This document shows positions 36,969 through 47,988 of a DNA stretch of 64,000 nucleotides, piece after piece (the stretch's first letter is position 1; each line of letters opens with the position of its first letter). Origin of the DNA: a virus. The notes under the pieces were generated by a model that saw only the letters and a list, made by a program, of their open reading frames with translations, was not told the DNA's origin and ran no database searches. The DNA lies in the IMG/VR virus record IMGVR_UViG_3300005617_000004, positions 45,521 through 109,520 of that record. One strand, written 5' to 3'. A program made the position numbers and the translations under genes.

Positions 36969-37649
36969 TCACCACGCAAACGCAAGCCCGAACCGCACGT
37001 CGCGGTCGCAGGCGGTGACGGACGCCGTCGGGCATCCGATAGGGGTCATCTTGCCGACGAGCGCCAGGGTGATGCCGACCTTGCCCACCTCGTCGTGGTA
37101 ATGGCGTGCCGCGCCGGCATAGTCATGGCCCCACCAGCTGCGAGCCCAGACCTCCACCGCGACGTCCGCCCACGAGCCGCCGCAGCCGACCCGGCCCCAG
37201 CCGGAGTCGCCGCGATACGCGCCGTCCGCAGTCAGGTAACCCCAGTGCAGGTGCGCGCCGACCGTTGGCCGCAGGGTCGGCTCCTTGTCGTACGCGTAGG
37301 CGCAGGAGTACACCGCGTCGCCGTTCATCCGGTGCCAGCCGGCCTGCAGTCGCTTGCCGCCCAGGTTGCCCTGGTAGAAGGCTCCGAGGGTGAAGTCGGC
37401 CCAGGACGACATCGGCGACACGATCTCGACCGCCGCCTCGTCGACGCGGGTCTCGGCCTGTCGGTCGGTGATCACGGTATAGGTGCCCCACGCCATATAG
37501 GCGGGACGGCCCTCGGGCTTGCACTGGTGCCACACGAACGCGTCGAAGGTGTTGCGGTCGTCGGTCGCGTCGTCCTCGGTGGCGCCGAAGCCGGTGTCGA
37601 CGGCTGGCAGCGAGCACGCCAGCAGGAGCAAGAGCCCGGACCGGATCAC
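36969..37649 (-). CDS. Secreted, possibly outer-membrane beta-barrel-like protein
   Basis: Signal peptide, Gly/Trp-rich alternating strands, C-terminus VRFGLAFAW. Confidence 0.45.
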   Translation of the reverse strand: MIRSGLLLLLACSLPAVDTGFGATEDDATDDRNTFDAFVWHQCKPEGRPAYMAWGTYTVITDRQAETRVDEAAVEIVSPMSSWADFTLGAFYQGNLGGKRLQAGWHRMNGDAVYSCAYAYDKEPTLRPTVGAHLHWGYLTADGAYRGDSGWGRVGCGGSWADVAVEVWARSWWGHDYAGAARHYHDEVGKVGITLALVGKMTPIGCPTASVTACDRDVRFGLAFAW

Positions 37650-38236
37650 AGCGACTCGATCATGCGGCGCAGCTGAGCCGCGACCGCCTCGCTCTCGGCG
37701 ATCTTGGCCAGGATCTCGGTCTTGGTGAACAGGGGCTGCCGGACGGAGGGCTCGGCCGTGAAGGGAACCTTGCCGTGCACCGAGGCCAGGGGAGCAATCA
37801 AGACTGCACCTCCGGGTCCCGCGTTGTCAGCCGCGTCTGCGCCGAACTCCGGCTGTGGCACATCATCGCCCACCACCTGCTTGATCGCGCCCGGCCCATA
37901 GGCGTGCACGCCGCCGATGTTGTCGGTCCAGCCCAGCGTAGCGGCGTCGACGCCGGCCGCCATCAGCGCCTCCGCGTACCCGACCTGCTTCGCTCCGCTG
38001 TGGGGCTGCAAGCTGAGCTCGGTCAGCGGGATCGTCGCGCGGTATGCCTCGGGCAGCTGGAGCTCGGCAGGCGGCTGTCCCTCGCGCTCCGGGTAGAAGC
38101 CGACGTCGGCAGTCTGGTCCGCGAAGTTGACCTCGTAGACCTTGGCCTTCATCTGAACCGTCGGATCCTCGTTGTCGCGGATATAGACGTCGCTGCCGAT
38201 CTTGGTGGGGACTTTGACGTTGAGGGGTTTGGTCAT
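37646..38236 (-). CDS. Hypothetical protein with SH3-like N-terminus
   Basis: IGSDVYI..AKVYEV..ADVGF. Confidence 0.5.
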   Translation of the reverse strand: MTKPLNVKVPTKIGSDVYIRDNEDPTVQMKAKVYEVNFADQTADVGFYPEREGQPPAELQLPEAYRATIPLTELSLQPHSGAKQVGYAEALMAAGVDAATLGWTDNIGGVHAYGPGAIKQVVGDDVPQPEFGADAADNAGPGGAVLIAPLASVHGKVPFTAEPSVRQPLFTKTEILAKIAESEAVAAQLRRMIESL

Positions 38237-38622
38237 GGGGTCACTTCTCTGCGAGGCAGTCGCCGCTGGTGTTGTAGGGGTCCATGCTGAGCGGGCAGGT
38301 GCGGCGCGCGTCACAGGTCTCGCAGGTGTAGACGTGGCCGTCTTTGTCGGCGTAGTCTGCGTGATCGGGAAACTCGGTCAGCAGCTCGGCCTTCATGCGC
38401 GCGAGGTCTTCGTCGGTATGGGGAAGGGTCACGGCTTCCATCTCCATTGCCGCTGATTGTCGGCGTCCAGGTAGTATTCGGCCTTGCCGGCTTTGACAGC
38501 GTCAGTACGCCAGCGCTCCGACACCCACGTGCCTGTAAGCAGGAACACCGCCATGCTAGTGACGGCGACGAGGACGACGGCATTCGTTATACTAACGCCA
38601 GGAGGATTGTTCGCGTCGTCGC

Positions 38623-39306
38623 TCACTCCACCCTCCCGCCAGCCTTCTGATACGCGTCGAGCCACGCCTCGAACAGGTCGGTGCCCTCCGGGTACGGGCA
38701 GGTGACCTCCAGGTCCTTCGGACCCTTGGCCGCAGCCCGGCCGTACGCCTTGGCTTCGGCGATAGCCTCCGGCGGCGACGCGGCCGGCATATTGCCGCCA
38801 CCGGCGCCGAACCCTTCCATCCACTTGGTGTACGGCAGGGTCCCCGGCCGCATCGGGCAGGCGCTGGCCAGCCGGCCGAGCTTGGCGGCATCGACACCCA
38901 TGCCGAACGCGACGTCGCCCGAGATCGCGCGGCCAACGCCGACCCCGGTGCTGCCGATCATCGCCGCGAAGTCGCCGCCCGAGCCGAGGTAGCTGCCGTT
39001 ATCGGGCCGGGTGGTCACCAGAGCGTGCCCGGGTCCCTCGTCATCATCGTAGACGATCGCCGCGCGCTTGGGCTTCTCCGGCTCGGTGACGGCCACCGCC
39101 CGCGACGCCGATTCGGTCGACAGCTCGATCTGCTCGACGGTGACCAGCTTGCCCGTCTTCGGGTGCGGCACCTTCGCCTCCTTGCGGGCGATGATGGCGA
39201 AACCCTCCTTCTCCATCAGCTTGTCGAGCTGCTTGGGGGACAGGACGTCGAGGGCTTTACCTTCGCCGTAGTGCTGCGGGCTGACGTAGACGAGTTTGGT
39301 GGGCAT
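38623..39306 (-). CDS. Protein with two C-terminal Rmf/CrpP-like motifs
   Basis: G..AA..G....CP..GT....W..G occurs twice (CPMRPGTLPYTKWMEGF; CPYPEGTDLFEAWLDAY). Confidence 0.5.
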   Translation of the reverse strand: MPTKLVYVSPQHYGEGKALDVLSPKQLDKLMEKEGFAIIARKEAKVPHPKTGKLVTVEQIELSTESASRAVAVTEPEKPKRAAIVYDDDEGPGHALVTTRPDNGSYLGSGGDFAAMIGSTGVGVGRAISGDVAFGMGVDAAKLGRLASACPMRPGTLPYTKWMEGFGAGGGNMPAASPPEAIAEAKAYGRAAAKGPKDLEVTCPYPEGTDLFEAWLDAYQKAGGRVE

Positions 39307-39308
39307 GG

Positions 39309-39503
39309 TCAGGGGGCCTTGATCGTGGGCGGGATGAGGGCGAGCTTGCTGGAACAGAACGACCACAGCAGCTCCTTGGAGCCATACCGGTCGAACTTGA
39401 TCAGAACCGTCGTGCCGCCAGGAACCTTCCGTAGGCTCTTCACGGTGCCCTCGTCGAAGATCGTGTGCGTCACGCGGTCACCGGGCTTGGGAAGGGCGTC
39501 CAT
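39309..39503 (-). CDS. Stand-alone PcrA/UvrD C-terminal Tudor-like domain
   Basis: PGDRVTHTIFDEGTV..VLIKFDRYGSKELLWSF. Confidence 0.7.
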   Translation of the reverse strand: MDALPKPGDRVTHTIFDEGTVKSLRKVPGGTTVLIKFDRYGSKELLWSFCSSKLALIPPTIKAP

Positions 39504-39544
39504 CGGTGTCTCTCCATAGTCCTATAACGGTTGACCGGCGAGCG

Positions 39545-40054
39545 TCAAGCCTTCGTCGCGGCCTTAGCTGCGATCTCGGCAATCAGCCGGGTTTCGAGCG
39601 CATTGAAGGCGTCGTTGATCTTGTCGAGGTCGAATTGATCGCCCTCGAACTCGGTCTCTGCTGTGTCGGCGCCACGAAACAAAACGGCCCACTGCAGACA
39701 GCTCATGCAGCGTTTCACTGGAGGAGTCGCTCGCGGTTCGGCCTTCTTGATCTCGGCGGAGAGACGGCGGCCAAACTCGCTCTCATCGTCAGAAACCGTC
39801 ACGTCCGGTTGCAGCGCGCGGCCTAGGCTGTGCTGCACGCAGAGATACACAGACAGCAACGGGGTGCCCTTATAGACCAACAGAACGTCCCGCTCGGCGC
39901 GCAGGTCGCTTGGCTTCTCCCCCTCGTTCTCGGGCCGCAGGTCGTACCAGTCGAGCTTTGCTTCTTTGCAGAGCTGCCTGATGAAACCGACGAGCTGCGC
40001 GTAGAAGCTCTTGCTGTAATCGTGCGATGCGTTGCTGTAGCTGAAATCGCCCAT
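39545..40054 (-). CDS. Hypothetical protein
   Basis: AAGGAG RBS, 169 aa. Confidence 0.55.
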   Translation of the reverse strand: MGDFSYSNASHDYSKSFYAQLVGFIRQLCKEAKLDWYDLRPENEGEKPSDLRAERDVLLVYKGTPLLSVYLCVQHSLGRALQPDVTVSDDESEFGRRLSAEIKKAEPRATPPVKRCMSCLQWAVLFRGADTAETEFEGDQFDLDKINDAFNALETRLIAEIAAKAATKA

Positions 40055-40087
40055 GTCAGGACTCCTTGGTTGGTTGAGCTGCGAGCG

Positions 40088-40429
40088 TCAAGAGTCGCGA
40101 GACCGGGCGGCTTTCGCGTCAGTAATGGTCTGCTGCACCATTCGTTCGACCGCTTTCTCTCCCTTAGCGCGAAGAGCGACCAGCCCGAAATCCTCCACCC
40201 CGGCCCGGGCCCAGGCTTCCGCCTGCCGCAGCTCGTCGACCCACATGTACGCGCGGACCTTGAAGGGATCCGCCGAGGTGGCTGACGGCAGCTTCAGCCA
40301 CATATCCTCGCCCATGATGAACAAGGCCTGCAGGGCTTCTCGCGCCGGCAGCGCGTTGACAGCCGACGCCTTCGCCACCAGAGGCGCGCGGGTTGGCGTC
40401 GTGTACAGGGTGTAGACGAAGAACTTCAT
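40088..40429 (-). CDS. Hypothetical protein, MKFFVYTL family copy 1
   Basis: ATG at 40429. Confidence 0.55.
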   Translation of the reverse strand: MKFFVYTLYTTPTRAPLVAKASAVNALPAREALQALFIMGEDMWLKLPSATSADPFKVRAYMWVDELRQAEAWARAGVEDFGLVALRAKGEKAVERMVQQTITDAKAARSRDS

Positions 40430-40667
40430 GCTTTGACTCCAGGTTGATTGACGATCTTGCCACACCAGACGCAGACGTCGCCCTGGTACTGGCGCGTAGC
40501 GCCCCCGGCTGTCAGGATGACCTCGGCCTTATGCGCGGAATCAGCGAAGAACGCCAGGGATTCAAGCGTAGCAGCGTCTACTAGAGGCGCGCTACCGCGC
40601 CCCGTTGAGTACCGCGCCTCGAACCGATGCTGCTGGCCGCCATTGTAGCAGCGAGAAGGAAAGAGCT

Positions 40668-41039
40668 TCATCCGCCGAGGCTCCCGAAGAGGTTCGCCAG
40701 CGATTCATCTCGGTCTCGCACCATCTTCACGTGCTTCGTCACCTCCGCTACCGACTCCGGCGTCATGACGTCCGGCACCTGCTCGTTGAAGTCCTGCGCC
40801 GTCTTGGCGGTCAGCATCTGCGCATAAGGCAGAAGTTCGGTGACCAGATAGCGCTCGACCACGAAAGTCGTACTGGGCGTAGACGCCGGCAAGCACAGGC
40901 AGAGCTTGCCCTGCTTCAACACCATCATCGACAGGATCTCGCGCAGCGGCTGGGCGCTGACATACTCCGACGAGGCGTGGTAGGCGTGGGCCTCGCCGCC
41001 AGATGGCAGTTTGGCCAGCGTATAGACGAAGAACTTCAT
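40668..41039 (-). CDS. Hypothetical protein, MKFFVYTL family copy 2
   Basis: ATG at 41039. Confidence 0.55.
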   Translation of the reverse strand: MKFFVYTLAKLPSGGEAHAYHASSEYVSAQPLREILSMMVLKQGKLCLCLPASTPSTTFVVERYLVTELLPYAQMLTAKTAQDFNEQVPDVMTPESVAEVTKHVKMVRDRDESLANLFGSLGG

Positions 41040-42734
41040 GCCTCGTTTTTCCTTATAACGCGAAATCCGGAGTGAGAGATGATAAGCACCGCAAGCAGAA
41101 ACCACCACGGTGACCATGCGCGCTGATCGACCAGATAGGCGGTGCCGGCGAGTACCCCGCCGTCGAACACCAGCATGAGCGCGTACGCACCCAGCGTCAT
41201 GCCAGCCACAGCAGCCACCAGCGCTTCTTCGTCGACACGGGGGTGATCGGGAAATCGGTCGCGAGAAGTGGCGGCGGCATGACAGCCGGGGTGGGGTCAG
41301 CGATGGGGGCGTTCGGGTCGAACCGGATGAACGCGGTCAGCATCCGGGCCTGTGCCGCCGCCGTGTCGAACGGGTAGAGACCCTCGCTCAGAGTTGCGGC
41401 GCGGACCTCAGGTCCCGGACTGTACACAGCCCAGAACTTCGCCCAGAGATCGGGGTTTTCCCGGTCGTGCTCGTTGGCGCTCGCCAGCAATGACACGAAC
41501 CAGTAGCCCGCATCCTGCTCTACCGCGTCCATGGCCCCATCGAAGCCGGCCTCGCGCGCACTGTCGTTGAGATACTGTCCCATCAGCTCCTCCGCCAGAA
41601 TTGCCACCACCGCTTCAACGGCGGGGCCGGTGCGATGACCAGGAACCGGTCGGGCCGGACGGCTTCGACCGGGTTGCCGTCGTGCATGACGACCGACCAC
41701 AGGCCGTCCGGCTCCAGCCGCGCCAGCACCGCACGCTCACTGACGTACCGGCGCCAGAACGTAGAGTCCTGGTTGTCGGCGGAGACCTTGACCAGCAGGG
41801 TACAGCCGGGGGTGGGAGGGATCATTCGCGGACCGCCTTCCGAACGGCGGCGAGGATGGCGGCGTCCTCCTTGAGGTGGCGGATTGCGCTCCCGACGAGA
41901 AGGGAAAGATTCCAGTCTCGGAGCCCCGCTCCGGTGAGACCGACCGCGGCGCGCAGGTCGATGATCTGCTGCACGTCTGGCATCGCTGCGCGGAGCGCGT
42001 CGCGTTCTGCCGTCACCGCTTCCAGCGCGGCAGTCAGCGAGGCTTTCCAGTCGGATCCCTCCACCGACTGATTGACGCCCTTCAGGGTCAAGGTCACACC
42101 CGCCTCCCAGGCGAAAAAGTGCTGCCACCGCTCCTGGATATGCTGGATCGCGGCCAAGGGGGTGTCGGCGTCGATCTCTTCCGTCCGGTCATACGGGCCG
42201 GTCGGCAGGATCTTGCGGTCGATGGAGAAGGTGACGGCGTAGCGGGGCATGGTGGTATCCTTCAGCGCTTGGACTGATTCAGCAAGGCGCGCAAGTTTTC
42301 GGTCGAATGGTGAACCAGCTCTGCGGCCTTGATGCGGAGTTCCTGCTGGACCTTGTCGTTGATGCGGTTGCATTCGGCGTACCAGACACCGAAATCACTC
42401 GAAGATGACTCTGGCGGCGTGGGGTTCTGCTGCTCCAGCTCACGCTGATACTGTGCCACCAGGGCGTCGACCAGCTGCGAGCGATCACACTGGTTGCTGT
42501 CGAACCCGGCGTCCTGCTGCCCTGCGTGCATTCCGGCAGGCTGTTCGGGCAGAAAAGGTGCATGGGGACTGTCGGGGCCTTCCGGGTTCGGCTCGGTACG
42601 GCCGAGAAAGTCGAGGTTCTCGAACTCATTCTTGCCGAGCCGGGGGCGACGCCGGCGCAGCAGGAACACCACGGCCAGCAGCAGAGGGAGGGCGAGCGCG
42701 GCCAAGACGTAGATGGCGAACATGGTGGGATCCT

Positions 42735-43175
42735 TCAGTGCGCCGGCGTCTGCTGCGGGGCCTTCACGCGCCGCTCGCGCGTGCCGGCTTCCATCAGCGG
42801 GATACCCGCCTCGGTCGGGACGTAGATCACGTCGTTGCGGCCTTCGTGCAGGTTGTTGATCCACAGGTAGTGCAGGTACAGCTCGTTGTTCTCGAGCGAC
42901 TTGCCGATGATCTCGTTGGCCTGCGCCACGCCGCGAGCGCGGGCCACCTCGGCTTCGGCCAGCATCTTGGCGGAGTCGAGCTTCGCCTGTGCCTCCAGCA
43001 CCGCCACGCGGCGCGTGCTCTCGGCCTTCATCAGGTCGCCCTGGCCTTCCTTGTCCTTCAGATACACGCTGTAGGAGGGGCAGCCGGTCAGGCACCCGAT
43101 GATCAGGCCCAGCACCAGGACGATGGTCAGGGTAATGGTGATCTCGCCTTCGGCGCGACGGGGGAGGTTCGGCAT
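42735..43175 (-). CDS. SPFH/band-7-like membrane protease subunit
   Basis: N-terminal TM, AEAEVARARGVAQANEII..YLHYLWI..VIYVPTEAGIP. Confidence 0.75.
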   Translation of the reverse strand: MPNLPRRAEGEITITLTIVLVLGLIIGCLTGCPSYSVYLKDKEGQGDLMKAESTRRVAVLEAQAKLDSAKMLAEAEVARARGVAQANEIIGKSLENNELYLHYLWINNLHEGRNDVIYVPTEAGIPLMEAGTRERRVKAPQQTPAH

Positions 43176-43444
43176 GGTGTGGTCCTAGGAGCTCTTGGTG
43201 TTGTCGAACATGCAGTTGGTGAAGGAGGTGCCGTTGGTCGCGCACAGGCTGCTGAGGGCTTCCAGGGCGGCGGTCTTCGCCGCGTCGCACGCCGGAGACG
43301 CCAGGATATCGTTGATCGCCGCCCGGGCCTCCTGGATCGTGTCCTTGTGGGCTCCGACGTGGACGAAGGGTTGTACGGCGCGCTTGGCCATGGGAGACTC
43401 CGTAGGAGGTATGGACAGCAGTCCTATTGAGCGGCTAGGGAGGG

Positions 43445-43873
43445 TCAAGAGGGAAGTTTCTCGCTCACTATGGGAGTCAAGGACTGCCCATCCCAGGTGC
43501 CAATGGAACCGTCCCGGCGCAAGGCAGCGAGAACAGGACACAGATGGACGAGGCCCCCATGCTGGTCGGTGTGAAGGTTCAGTGTCTCCAGAGACATGAT
43601 CACGTACCCTTCCGGAAGCCCATACGCCGGGCCGCGCAGGATGTAGACGACGCGGCGCCAGAGTTCCTTGCCGGTGTAGTGCGGTTCGAGATAGACGTCG
43701 ACGACCGCCATTCCTGGCGGCGCGGGTGGATTGCCGCCCGGGAACCACTCCCGCAGCCGCAGCACGTCGCCCACCGCGAACCCGCGGTCATCCTTGCGGA
43801 GGTCCCAGGGCTTGATGCCTTGACCGATGGCGGCGAAGACGTCGGGGTGGGTTTTCAGGTCGTGGAGTTTCAT
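43445..43873 (-). CDS. ASCH/DUF3850 domain protein
   Basis: HDLKTHPDVF..KPWDLRKDDRGFAVGDVLRLREW..GYVIMSL. Confidence 0.8.
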   Translation of the reverse strand: MKLHDLKTHPDVFAAIGQGIKPWDLRKDDRGFAVGDVLRLREWFPGGNPPAPPGMAVVDVYLEPHYTGKELWRRVVYILRGPAYGLPEGYVIMSLETLNLHTDQHGGLVHLCPVLAALRRDGSIGTWDGQSLTPIVSEKLPS

Positions 43874-43874
43874 G

Positions 43875-44489
43875 TCAGCACGAGCACGTGAAGCTGAAGT
43901 TCTCGTCGTCGAAGTCGACCGTGCACCCAAGCACGATCTCGGCATGGTATTTCAGCTCCACCTCGTCGACCAAGTCACCGCGACTGTGCATGTCCCTACC
44001 GGAATAGTGAATCTCCTTGTTCCTGAGGCCGTCCAGCAGGCGTGCGTACGCCACGTCAGCGTCGTCATACGGACTGGTGCGAGCGGCGTACTGCCGCAGC
44101 CAGGACTTCGACACTTCCTTGTCGTCTCGGCTCTGCTGATCCACCTTGTCCACCGCCGGGAACGCCGGGTGGGTCCACTCGTGGCGCAGGGTGGTGACTT
44201 GGCCCTGGTAGAGGCAGAGCCAGAAGGTCTGGCCGATCTCGACGGTCTTGGGCAAGAACGGGTCGACGATGCCGACTGCCGTGGTAGAGCCGGCGACATC
44301 GCCATAAGCCTCCGCGTTCGTGCCGTCGTGCAGGATGGATACGTGCATTCCGGGGCGCAGCCGCTCGCGCGCCTTCACCGGCACCACCGCGATGTGGATC
44401 GCGTCGCGCTGGTTCTGCTCGCCGAGCTTGGTGATCAGTTCACCGAGCCGAGCCTCCTTAGTCTTATTGCGGTTGAAGGGGTCGTTCAT
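43875..44489 (-). CDS. Conserved phage protein
   Basis: RDAIHIAV..GIVDPFL..LRHEWTHPAF..FTCSC. Confidence 0.6.
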   Translation of the reverse strand: MNDPFNRNKTKEARLGELITKLGEQNQRDAIHIAVVPVKARERLRPGMHVSILHDGTNAEAYGDVAGSTTAVGIVDPFLPKTVEIGQTFWLCLYQGQVTTLRHEWTHPAFPAVDKVDQQSRDDKEVSKSWLRQYAARTSPYDDADVAYARLLDGLRNKEIHYSGRDMHSRGDLVDEVELKYHAEIVLGCTVDFDDENFSFTCSC

Positions 44490-45571
44490 GGTTACTTCTT
44501 TCCGAGCACTTGCCGCTCGTAGATGCTGTCGACTGTGTCTGGCTCGATCGTCGTGCTGAGCAAGGGGCCCAGCTGGATACACGACATGGCGTGGCCCATC
44601 GACCCATACGACTTCTCGACGACACTGATGCTCGGATGGCTCTCGAGATAATTGTCAGCGTAGTCGGCCAGATGCTGCGCCATCTCCGGCTTCAGGTCGC
44701 CACGCTGGATAGCGCGGGCAATCCCGTTCGGGTCAACCTTGTAGCCGACCTGCAGTCCGTCCGGGCCGTAGACCGCGCAGCCGAGATTGGTGCACTCACC
44801 GACGCGCCGGTGGTTGACGGCGCGGAGGATGAGGTATTTGCCCCAGATGCGGTCGGTCATCGTACCCTCTTGAGCGTGTTGCGCCATATCCAGAAGTGGA
44901 ACACGACCTTCTGGCCGATCGCCAGCGAGTCAACGATCTCCATAGCCTTGCGGGCGTGCACCAGAGACACCCCGCGATGGTGTTTGTGCTCCAGCGCTCG
45001 GTTCCTCTGCACGAACCGGTCCAGGCTCTGCAGGCGCGACCACCTACCTTCCTCGGAGTCGAACACCTTGAAGGCGCGGTGCTTACCGGTCTGGCGCTTG
45101 AACCGGCCGTGCGGGACGGCGGTGAAGAAGCCGAACAGGCCGTTGTCGTAGTGGCCGACAGTCTTCAGCAGGCGCATGCCGGGCAGGAAGGGCTTGCGGT
45201 ACGAGGCGCGGCGCTTGTGGACCATCTCGGTGAGGAGCACGTCGAACTCGGTCTCCGATATGGCCGGCAGCGGGTTCGGCTGCTCGGCGGCGATGGAACC
45301 ATCGGGGTTGATAACGACGTCGGTCATTCGAGATCCTTCGCCGCCTTCTCCAGCCGCTTCGCGCGATTGATGGTCGCCTTCGAGCACGGCTCGATCCACG
45401 ACTGCGCGTGCGCGTGGCTCGCGTTCATGGCGCGCAGCTGCTTGGCGGTGTTCTTGAGGAGACAGATCAGCTTGGCGTGGGGGTTGACGTGCTTGTAGAC
45501 CGGCGGCCCGGGGTACAGCAGACTCGCGAAGTTCGTTGGTGCGTATCTGCGGTGTGACATGGCGAGCTCCA

Positions 45572-45883
45572 TCAGGGGTTATAGGCTTCGATGCGGCGAT
45601 GCTTCTCGTCCGTGGTGTGACCGTCCCACGTGTACAGCTTCGTCGGCAGGTGGACGAGTTGCGGCAGCATGTCCTTCGGGAGATGCCACGACGCCTGCCC
45701 GGTCGGCAATTCGATGATCACGACGGGCCAGTCGGGCTCCTGTGGATCGACTTCGACGGAGGCGGGGAAGAGCTTCGACAGCAGGACGACAAGGCGGTTG
45801 CGCTCGTCGTAACCTTGGTCGATCTTGCGAACGAGGTCGTTGACGGCGGCCTGGATGTCGCGTACGCGGGGGTCGTCGGTCAT
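45572..45883 (-). CDS. WDGH-motif phage protein
   Basis: LPTGQASWH..WDGHT. Confidence 0.6.
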   Translation of the reverse strand: MTDDPRVRDIQAAVNDLVRKIDQGYDERNRLVVLLSKLFPASVEVDPQEPDWPVVIIELPTGQASWHLPKDMLPQLVHLPTKLYTWDGHTTDEKHRRIEAYNP

Positions 45884-46136
45884 GCTGGTGTCCTCGGTGG
45901 TGCCGGCAGCTTCGCCCAGCCGAGCACCTCGCGCGCCTCGTCGATGTAGGCGGCGCACTGGGCGCAGTGGTGGTCGCCGCCGTTGTGGGCGTGCATCGCG
46001 GGGGAGCCGGAGGCGACGTGTTCGAGGGCGACGCGGAGGGCTACCGGCACGGTACCCGTTCCCTGGCACGCTACGCAGGTCATCTGAAGACCTTGGATCT
46101 TCCGTACGCCGTGGCCGAAGCAGATGAGGCACTTCT

Positions 46137-46364
46137 TCATACCGGCCTCACCCAATTCGTCCACACGCCCTTGAGCCAGGACAGGGTGTACAGGATGCTC
46201 AGCGCGAAGATGCCCCACTGCTCGGCCTGCCACGTGGTGTAGAACCAGAACGGCTGGGAGGCGAGGCCGAACAGGCAGGCGAAACGGCGGACGCTGGCGC
46301 GGCTGTCCTGCGTCAGGTAGATGGCGATCACGCCGAGGACGCCGAGGGCGAGCTGGGCGATCAT
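46137..46364 (-). CDS. Small multi-TM protein (PnuC-like fragment)
   Basis: FGLASQPFWF..QWGIF. Confidence 0.55.
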   Translation of the reverse strand: MIAQLALGVLGVIAIYLTQDSRASVRRFACLFGLASQPFWFYTTWQAEQWGIFALSILYTLSWLKGVWTNWVRPV

Positions 46365-46627
46365 ATCGTCTTCGTCGCCGGATTGTTCGTCGCCGGAATG
46401 CGGCGACGCGCCAGCATCATGGCGTCGGCGACGGCGTACGCATTTGCGGCGATCTTCTCGTGGTGGTTGTCCTGCGACGCCCCCGGCATCATGAGGGTCG
46501 CCGCTATCTTCGCGGCGAAGTAGTCCCGAAGGTCCATACCGGCGTAGTGCACGGGCTCCATGTGGGCGGTGAGACCGGTGCGCTCCATGCGCGTGGTCGG
46601 GAACGCTGGTTGGCGGGGCAGGCTCAT
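46361..46627 (-). CDS. Conserved phage protein (GMxLRDYFAA family)
   Basis: PAFP..GMDLRDYFAAK..AYAVADAM. Confidence 0.7.
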   Translation of the reverse strand: MSLPRQPAFPTTRMERTGLTAHMEPVHYAGMDLRDYFAAKIAATLMMPGASQDNHHEKIAANAYAVADAMMLARRRIPATNNPATKTI

Positions 46628-47211
46628 GACGGCTTCACTCCATTGGTGTACACCTGTGAGGGCTTCTTCCACTCCGCGTTCAGCTGGACGCGGCGCGCGA
46701 CGAACCAGTACAGCACCGATTTGCCGCCGTTGCGCTTCGGCGCATCGCAATCATTCCCGGCTTGCGTGGTACACCACGCGTCCTCGATACGAAAACCGTT
46801 GCCGATGAAAAACGCCTGGATCATCTTGTAGTCCGTGACGTGGATCCCATGCCCCTCCCACCCCGCCACCGGCGACTGCCCGATGAAGTGGCCGCCGAGG
46901 CGCACCATGGACGCGGCGTTGACGTACGCCTGATGCGCGTCCCAGACGTGCTCCAGGGTGCCGAGATTGAAGACGGTCTCGAAGTGCTCCTCCAGGATGC
47001 GGAACGGGCTTGCGAGAGTGACGCCGTCTCGCTTGCGCCACAGGGGCTCCCCCAGATTGCACTCGTAGTCCCCACCGTCCAGGTCGAGCGTCTTGTACTC
47101 GCACGGGAACCGGAAGCTGCTTGTGTTGGTCTGGCGACCGAGCATCAGCATGTCGGGGTGGCAGTATTTCCGGAGACGGGTGAAGGACTGCAGGTGGTCG
47201 TTGGTGATCAT
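46624..47211 (-). CDS. Class I SAM-dependent methyltransferase-like protein
   Basis: FETVFNLGTLEHVWD..MVRLGGHFI. Confidence 0.65.
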   Translation of the reverse strand: MITNDHLQSFTRLRKYCHPDMLMLGRQTNTSSFRFPCEYKTLDLDGGDYECNLGEPLWRKRDGVTLASPFRILEEHFETVFNLGTLEHVWDAHQAYVNAASMVRLGGHFIGQSPVAGWEGHGIHVTDYKMIQAFFIGNGFRIEDAWCTTQAGNDCDAPKRNGGKSVLYWFVARRVQLNAEWKKPSQVYTNGVKPS

Positions 47212-47637
47212 GTGTCGGAGTTCCTGAAGAACCGGTCCATGGTGTAGCTGAAGACGAGCCAGACTGCCACGAATACCGCGATAGCGGTGCCGAGGCGGTA
47301 CGAGACGTAGAGGAAGGCGCTCATCCGAGAAACTCCAGCGCCTGATTGTGGTCGGAAATCTCCGCCGCGTACTCCGGGTACAGGGCCGGCGCCTTGTCGG
47401 GGCAACGCTTCAGCGCGTGCAGCAGGCCGCAGGTGCAAAGTAGGTGGTGCTTGTGGTAGAACTCGCAGTCGACGTCGTGGATCAGGAAGCTGCTTGCCGC
47501 GGTAGTGCGGCGCCAGTGCGAGAAGTGGTCATCGGCGGCGTACTGCGCGAGAACCTGCGCGAAACTCTCACGGGTGAACGTCGGCTGCCGGAACAGTGAC
47601 GTGATCTGGGTGATGGCGCGGTTGAGGGCTTCTTGGT

Positions 47638-47988
47638 TCACGTGATGTCCTTCGGCGGCTTCGGCTCAGGCCGCCAGTGCGTCGGGCGAATCGGCCCGTG
47701 GTACTCACCGCGCGCAACGCCGTCGTCGGCGTCCCAGAACGCCGAGCACACCGCGGCCGCGTAACGGCAGCCGTCGAACTCGCCGGCCGGGTGGTAGAAC
47801 ACGTAGCAACCCGACGGCGGCTTCTGGTCGGACAGCTTGGTCCAACCGTCGTTTACTGCAGCCACGTACTCGTCGTGGCTGACCCACGCGCCCGTCGGCG
47901 ACTCTTCCATGCTGGTAAGGATCGGGATCCGACCGTGGCCGTTGATGGTCAGGTACAGCTCGGCGAGGTTGTAGCGTTTGACGGTCAT
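47638..47988 (-). CDS. DUF551-like phage protein
   Basis: GWTKLSDQKP..PTHWRPEPKPP. Confidence 0.55.
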   Translation of the reverse strand: MTVKRYNLAELYLTINGHGRIPILTSMEESPTGAWVSHDEYVAAVNDGWTKLSDQKPPSGCYVFYHPAGEFDGCRYAAAVCSAFWDADDGVARGEYHGPIRPTHWRPEPKPPKDIT

